Shown piece by piece: positions 58,591 through 64,000 of a DNA stretch of 64,000 bases. Position 1 is the stretch's first letter. The number at the start of each line of letters is the position of its first letter. The notes under the pieces are model-generated. The model saw nothing but the letters and a program-made list of their open reading frames with translations. It ran no database searches and had not been told where the DNA came from. Made by a program: the position numbers and the translations under genes. The DNA comes from Bdellovibrionota bacterium (GTDB lineage Bacteria > Bdellovibrionota_C > UBA2361 > JBGSMV01), in the NCBI GenBank assembly GCA_041739995.1, contig JBGSMV010000047.1:1-64000 (forward strand), given 5' to 3'.

Positions 58591-59486
58591 CGCTCCTCAC
58601 CAATTAGCGTACCTTGGGGAATCACTTCAGTTCGAATCCATTTTCCCCGTGAAAGTGCAAATGAACGAACGCCCGCATCATCTTGATAAGACACAAAGCC
58701 ATTGATGCCGTCCCCTTCCCCGTTGCGGCCGTCACGTGCCGTAGTGTTATCTAACTGCTGGGCGGTAAAACTAACGTCACTCCAGTTCTCCTCATCGCGG
58801 CTTCCACGCAGCGCGAAAGCAATACGACCACGAGGAATTGCGGTATTAATTGCTAAGCATTGGTCTTGAGTAACGAGAATGGTCACCGTGCTTGGCACAC
58901 TCGGCGCAGACTGGCCTTCGACAGGAAGTACCGAGCGTTCCGCTGAAAGAATCTTTACTCGCTCAGCGACTACGCTGGTTCTATCTCTTTCGATCAACAA
59001 GACATCGACTATCGATCCAGAGCCTGCCCAACCTTCCACTGCGGCTGTGGCATCCACGCGTATCGTCATGGCTCTCATACCTGACGGAATGCTGTCGAGT
59101 ACTGGATTTGAGCCAGAAGCATTGAGCGAAAAATTCTTCGGAAACATCGGAAGACCGGCCGGCAATGACGCCACCGTAACCGATTCAGCATAGTGCTCAA
59201 CGTCCAAGATACTGTCTGCCGGAACCTGATGCTTAGGAAACGAAACCTTCCGCAATCGGACATCCCGCATGCGAACTCCGGAAGCGACTGGGTCAACCGG
59301 TACCGGCACTGACACGGTATCAAACTCAGCGACCACCGGTGCAAGCACCGGGGCCGCCGCATTCCCGCCCGCACGCGACAATATTGTCGCCGCGGCCACC
59401 AAGCACACACCAATTACGGCACTTGCCGCAAAAGCGGAGCTGCCTCTGCTCTTACGACTAGGAATTGATTGTGAACGCCTTGGCAT
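58587..59486 (-). CDS. cpaB: Flp pilus assembly protein CpaB/RcpC
   Basis: SAF-like domain, IPSGMRAMTIRVD..VEGW..GSIVDVL, TVTILVT, ALRG. GAGG precedes ATG 59486. Confidence 0.88.
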   Translation of the reverse strand: MPRRSQSIPSRKSRGSSAFAASAVIGVCLVAAATILSRAGGNAAAPVLAPVVAEFDTVSVPVPVDPVASGVRMRDVRLRKVSFPKHQVPADSILDVEHYAESVTVASLPAGLPMFPKNFSLNASGSNPVLDSIPSGMRAMTIRVDATAAVEGWAGSGSIVDVLLIERDRTSVVAERVKILSAERSVLPVEGQSAPSVPSTVTILVTQDQCLAINTAIPRGRIAFALRGSRDEENWSDVSFTAQQLDNTTARDGRNGEGDGINGFVSYQDDAGVRSFALSRGKWIRTEVIPQGTLIGEER

Positions 59487-59533
59487 GTGAATCCTCAAAG
59501 ATGGGTGGCACGGGCTTGGAGTTTGGCTCTCGA

Positions 59534-59752
59534 TTACTGTGAACTGCTGCCGTCGATTTCACCGGCACGAGTCGTTGCCCAGTTACCAATCGAATTCAGA
59601 AGTACCTCTATATTCTCTCCCATCAGCGTAAGGGCGCCCCAAATCGTTACCAAGATCACCGCGGCTCCAGCGCAGTACTCGAGTAGCGAGAACCCTCTCT
59701 CTCCTCGACCAGTTCGCTTTGACTTTGCCTTGATGGTTGCTGTGCTTTTCAT
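59534..59752 (-). CDS. flp: Flp (type IVc) pilin
   Basis: ERG-FSLLEY cleavage/Flp motif followed by a hydrophobic helix; GGAG RBS. Confidence 0.85.
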   Translation of the reverse strand: MKSTATIKAKSKRTGRGERGFSLLEYCAGAAVILVTIWGALTLMGENIEVLLNSIGNWATTRAGEIDGSSSQ

Positions 59753-59817
59753 ATGTTTTCTCCGTAATAAATCGTTACCGCTTCAAAGACCTTCTTTGGC
59801 TCTCTATTCTCAATGCA

Positions 59818-61329
59818 TTAGGAGGCGATTTTTACTCGCGAAACGAGCTCGTCCTTTTCGACTAGCACCTCATCCGTTTTGGGCGGTACTTGCGTCTTAG
59901 ACTCAGAGATCAATGCGAGCCGCGCGCCTTCTGCCGGGGCACTCGAAGACGTCAGCGCCTTTCTCGCTTCCAGCGGCAAGCGGCCAGCTATTCCCGAGCC
60001 TCGCGCGTCGTGGCTTAAGGTTCGGATCGCTGGAGCTTGTTTATCCGCTACCACTGCATTCCCTGAAATCCAGCGCGAAACAAGCGCTTTTACTGCACTG
60101 ACTCCTAACGAACTGACCCCTACAACATTGGCCTTAGGAGTGGCTTCAGGTGCAGCGGCTACAGTCCCGTCCACTATCAACTGCTGGGCGATACGTTTGA
60201 TCGTTCTATTCACTCGCGCAGATGAGACAGAAAGAAGTGTTCCTCCTGAGGCGGGCCAACAAGAGCCCTTTCGACAGAACGGAATCGTACAAGACATCCA
60301 ATCAGAAGCGTCAACACGAGCGGCTCGGGCAAACTCTTCTCTTAAGAGTTGATTGGACACTCCCGCACTAAATGAACCATTTTCGACGATTGAGATGCGT
60401 CCATCTGCACCAGCCTGACGACGAATTCTTTCAATGCGATCGATTGACGCAAACAAAGAGGCGGGGTCGTTGTTCACCACACAGATGACTCGATCGGCTA
60501 TGCGATACAACACATCTCTAAAGATCCCTCTAAGAGATCCGACGTCTACCAAAACAATATCGCTGCCAAGCTCGAGAGTTTCAAAAAAGCTGGCAAGCAC
60601 TCGCCCCTGCCGGGCGGTGGGCGCCCAAAGGTCTTCGGTCTCTGGAGGCGGAGGAACTATTCTTAAGCCAGGTGCGTCACCCCACACCGCTGTCGAACAA
60701 TGGTCCACGTATTCTTTGGTGATGGGCCTTTGCTCATCCAGAATTAGACGAAGGTTTTCATTGACGAAGGGCTTCGCTTGAAGAAATCGGGAAAGGTCTT
60801 GGCTTTCGAAGTCACCATCAACCAACGTGACCGACTTTCCAAGTTCAACCAACGCTTCGCCCAGAGCGGCAGTTAGTGAGGTAATCCCCACTCCACCCTT
60901 TGCACCGTCCAGAAGTATGAGGTGCCCACTTGCACGCGCTGGCGCTCTCCTGGAAAGCAGCAAGAGCTTACGCACAAACTCGTCCGAAGAAGTCTCTTCA
61001 AAAAGCACATCATCAGCACCAAGCCGTGCGAGTTGCTCAATTACGCCAAGCGATCGAAACTCTGTGGTAAGTGAGACGAGGATAGAGGCATGCGGAAAGA
61101 GCGCACGAACTCGAGAAACTTCGAGCAGATCCGATCGCAGCATCTCGGGCCCAAGAATGCAGATATCAGGAGTTCCATGAAATCTTAGTTCATTGGGCGA
61201 AAGCGGCTGGATAGAATAGGTCGGGAGAAGTGGAAACTCTTCGAACTGAGAGCGGACATGCTCTTGAAACCTCTCGCACAATTGCTGCCTTGAAGCCGCA
61301 CTCGCGTCTACTACAACAATCTGGAGCAT
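59818..61329 (-). CDS. cpaE: CpaE/TadZ (receiver-like + MinD/ParA-like) protein
   Basis: Atypical receiver N-terminus; degenerate P-loop GAKGGVGITS; LVDGD. Start reassigned to ATG 61329. Confidence 0.8.
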   Translation of the reverse strand: MLQIVVVDASAASRQQLCERFQEHVRSQFEEFPLLPTYSIQPLSPNELRFHGTPDICILGPEMLRSDLLEVSRVRALFPHASILVSLTTEFRSLGVIEQLARLGADDVLFEETSSDEFVRKLLLLSRRAPARASGHLILLDGAKGGVGITSLTAALGEALVELGKSVTLVDGDFESQDLSRFLQAKPFVNENLRLILDEQRPITKEYVDHCSTAVWGDAPGLRIVPPPPETEDLWAPTARQGRVLASFFETLELGSDIVLVDVGSLRGIFRDVLYRIADRVICVVNNDPASLFASIDRIERIRRQAGADGRISIVENGSFSAGVSNQLLREEFARAARVDASDWMSCTIPFCRKGSCWPASGGTLLSVSSARVNRTIKRIAQQLIVDGTVAAAPEATPKANVVGVSSLGVSAVKALVSRWISGNAVVADKQAPAIRTLSHDARGSGIAGRLPLEARKALTSSSAPAEGARLALISESKTQVPPKTDEVLVEKDELVSRVKIAS

Positions 61330-61618
61330 TACAACTCTCCTCAGGGGTTTCAAATAAATGTGGTCCGCGTCGTTGCCGTTCCGAAAAACCACACTTCATA
61401 AGCTCAGGGACACATCCCCGCTTGCTCATGCGGCCCGTTTGCATGCGGATAGTCGGCAATTTGAGAAAAAAGTTTCCTACGGAGAACCGGCGAGGGGCAC
61501 AGGCCAGGAGGACTGCTTCCATCTCCCTTGAAACTCAGAGAGAATCGCCGTTAAGCAAGGTAACAGCGACAAAATCGCTAATCAAAACAATGATTCTATT
61601 TCGAACAGATCCCTACTG

Positions 61619-62377
61619 ATGCACACAGAAAAGCGAACAGTGAGCTCACCGAAGTCGTCGCTCAGCATCAGCCGCGAGTGGCTGCGCGTTTCGTTCTCCA
61701 AAAGGTACGATCTTTCTATTCCACTCCGAGGCACATCACTGAGCGATCTTATTTTTGCCTTACTCTACGGTGTTTTCGACCAAAACGTGTTGGGCCTTCC
61801 AATCCATGAGGAGGCCAGCACAGTGCTACTTGATACCAAGGGACGCGATCCGCTCCACGTGCTCGACCCCAATTCTCCCTCCCCTGCAATGCACGATGAG
61901 CTGCTTTATCTTCGTGGCGTTGTTGTTGATACAGCAAGCGACGGCGAGAAAAACACTCCTGCCCAAGAGCCCTTTGAAGTTCGGTTAGAAACTCGCTTTT
62001 CTGAATTCACTGGGCGCGACCAGATTGCGCACCAAGTTTTTGTTCGCACCACTGGGCCATCAGCCTCATGGCTCTCCACTCTCTGCGTTGGCAACATCTC
62101 GAGAGCCGTTCCACTGCGCATCGATTATCTGCGCATCGGGATAGATCTATTCACTCGAGGAGGTATGTTTGGCTGGGTTTCTCGCACCCCCACAGTTACC
62201 CAAACAATCCTGTTAGAGCTTAGGCCTGATGAGCTTCAGATTCGTATGGTCGCTGAGAAGCTCAAAAATAGAACGGACCTGCCAATTCAGCGCAAATCAG
62301 TGGGCGATGGGCTTCAGCAGGCACTGCTTAAGGAACTACAGTTCGATATTATTTCCGACATAATTTCGAAAACTTAG
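61619..62377 (+). CDS. Hypothetical protein
   Basis: 252-aa ORF filling the gap; no family recognised. Confidence 0.55.
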   Translation: MHTEKRTVSSPKSSLSISREWLRVSFSKRYDLSIPLRGTSLSDLIFALLYGVFDQNVLGLPIHEEASTVLLDTKGRDPLHVLDPNSPSPAMHDELLYLRGVVVDTASDGEKNTPAQEPFEVRLETRFSEFTGRDQIAHQVFVRTTGPSASWLSTLCVGNISRAVPLRIDYLRIGIDLFTRGGMFGWVSRTPTVTQTILLELRPDELQIRMVAEKLKNRTDLPIQRKSVGDGLQQALLKELQFDIISDIISKT

Positions 62378-62515
62378 CGTTTAGGCCACTGTTTGCTGGG
62401 CTTTTACGGGCACGTGATAGTTTTCTCACTTCGTTGACCCAGTAGCTTAGCTACAAACTCGCGCTATACTCCCCGCTCCTGTCATGTCAGGGCATTCGAG
62501 GAGAAGGGGGAGAAT

Positions 62516-64000
62516 TTGAATTCGTCGCGATTTTGCTTTCAACCAGGCAATTCTGGGCTCGTTTTCATCTGCGCCGGAGCCAAGCTCGTACTTTTAAGTA
62601 TCCTTTTCTTTGGCCTCGCCCCTTTCATCGCCTTCGGACAAACTAATTCTTTAAATCAAGACTTCGTGCGCGCGGGCGAGTATGTCGTCGTACGGGCTTC
62701 TGCTCAGGCGCTTCATAGTCAGACACCTCAAAGCAATCAAGCGGTGGGTGTTTACGAACCGGAGTCGGAAACTCAACTCCTTCAAGTTGAGGCGCCTACT
62801 CAGCAAGTGGCCCCCGTTACCGCCTATGCATTAAGTACAAAGGCCGTAGTACCCTTCGATCCTGCTCAGAATGAGTGCGATCATTTACGACAGCTTGACC
62901 CCACCATTCTTGCCTGTAGTCCTAATTTTCTTCGAAAGCGCTTTTTGGTGCCCTCTGATTCCTTTGTGAGCAGTCAAAGTAATCTTCTCAAGGGAAGTCC
63001 CAGTGGTGTTGATGCTCCTCTTGCCTGGGAATATTCAACCGGCTCACGCGAGGTAGTGATCGCAATATTGGACAGCGGACTCGACTACACCCACCCCGAT
63101 CTACTTCCAAACATTTGGGTAAACCCACACGAGATTGCCGGCAACGGCGTGGACGATGACCAGAACGGCTATATTGATGATGTGCATGGGATTGATGCCG
63201 CGGCTGGCTCTGGAGACCCCCAATCTTCTGATGCGCACGGCACACATGTGGCGGGCATCATCGGTGCCGTAGGCAATAACGGTATCGGCGTATCGGGAGT
63301 GAGCTGGTCAGTCTCTCTCCTTGCAATTAAGGCGAGTGACGAAGAAGGGTTTTTCTCGACCTTCGACATTGCCAAAGGACTTGATTATGTCAGGCGCCTA
63401 AAAGTCGAGCGCGGAGCTCGCATCGTCGCGGTCAATGCGTCGTTTGGAGGGTTCAGCCCCTCTGATGTGGAGTTTCGAGCAATTGAGAGACTTCGTTTGG
63501 CCGGTATTCTCTTTGTTGCTGCAGCCGGCAATGAAAGCGCCAATATTGATCGTAACCCGGTTTTCCCCGCCAGCTATCAGCTCGATAATATTATCAGTGT
63601 TCTGGCGACGGATGAACGTGGTGCACGTGCTAATTTTTCGAACTACGGTTTTCTCAACGCCGACATTGCCGCTCCCGGCACTCGAATTTTAAGCACTCTT
63701 CCCTTTGGATCCTATGGAAGACTTGATGGCACCTCGATGGCCACACCAATGGTAGCAGGCGCGTTAGCGCTTGGTGCCGCGGTACGTCCGGACCTCTCTG
63801 GAGAGGAGCTTCGCGCAGCGCTTTTCAGTTCTGGTGCGGTGGTTCCCAGCCTCGATGCGCTCACCTCCACCGGTCGTTTCCTGGACGTAGGAAGCTTTAT
63901 TGCACGAATCTTCGACGGCTCTACTGCGGGCACACCAGATGCAATCCCCGCCTCTCCACGCATAGTTCGCGACATGCCATTTAGGCTTCGCTTTCTGAGT
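62516..64000 (+). CDS. Secreted S8 subtilisin-like protease, 3'-partial (not in the ORF track)
   Basis: Frame 2 from TTG 62516 after GGGGGAG: signal-like helix, IAILDSG, HGTHVAG, AAAGN, DGTSMATP; runs off the window. Confidence 0.9.
   Translation, partial: MNSSRFCFQPGNSGLVFICAGAKLVLLSILFFGLAPFIAFGQTNSLNQDFVRAGEYVVVRASAQALHSQTPQSNQAVGVYEPESETQLLQVEAPTQQVAPVTAYALSTKAVVPFDPAQNECDHLRQLDPTILACSPNFLRKRFLVPSDSFVSSQSNLLKGSPSGVDAPLAWEYSTGSREVVIAILDSGLDYTHPDLLPNIWVNPHEIAGNGVDDDQNGYIDDVHGIDAAAGSGDPQSSDAHGTHVAGIIGAVGNNGIGVSGVSWSVSLLAIKASDEEGFFSTFDIAKGLDYVRRLKVERGARIVAVNASFGGFSPSDVEFRAIERLRLAGILFVAAAGNESANIDRNPVFPASYQLDNIISVLATDERGARANFSNYGFLNADIAAPGTRILSTLPFGSYGRLDGTSMATPMVAGALALGAAVRPDLSGEELRAALFSSGAVVPSLDALTSTGRFLDVGSFIARIFDGSTAGTPDAIPASPRIVRDMPFRLRFLS

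Noticed and set aside
1..64000. Prophage, integron, retron, DGR, toxin-antitoxin or known anti-phage defence genes
   Set aside because: No integrase, reverse transcriptase, phage structural or recognisable defence motifs seen; orphans at 863, 4033 and 61619 could not be assigned.

Overview
Bacterial chromosomal window, densely coding, with no rRNA, complete tRNA, CRISPR array or prophage visible. Flagellin, a Tad pilus locus and many secreted proteases and TPR lipoproteins suggest a motile diderm, possibly Bdellovibrionota/deltaproteobacteria-like (inference only). The first 17 kb is accessory-like: an IS3 right end truncating a beta-propeller gene, a dockerin-tailed M1 aminopeptidase, a divergent NAD+ salvage cluster (pncA-nadE / pncB-tandem Nudix, no nadD) and an ApbE flavinylation module. 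17-50 kb is housekeeping (sufB, tmk-holB-metG C-domain-tatD, tpx, msrA, RNA m5U methyltransferase, nuoB) interleaved with a Tro-type Mn/Zn/Fe ABC system split into three pieces. The intervening DNA includes a flagellin carrying a complete 7-repeat FG-GAP/VCBS beta-propeller, with sigma28- and CsrA-like signals. 50-61 kb is a Tad/Flp locus followed by two signalling genes, and the window ends inside a second subtilase. Non-coding highlights are three copies of a CTAG-associated MITE (one carrying two nested 30-bp palindromic elements), a triplicated sufB 3' end and several 13-17 bp tandem duplications. All calls come from reading motifs; no searches were run.
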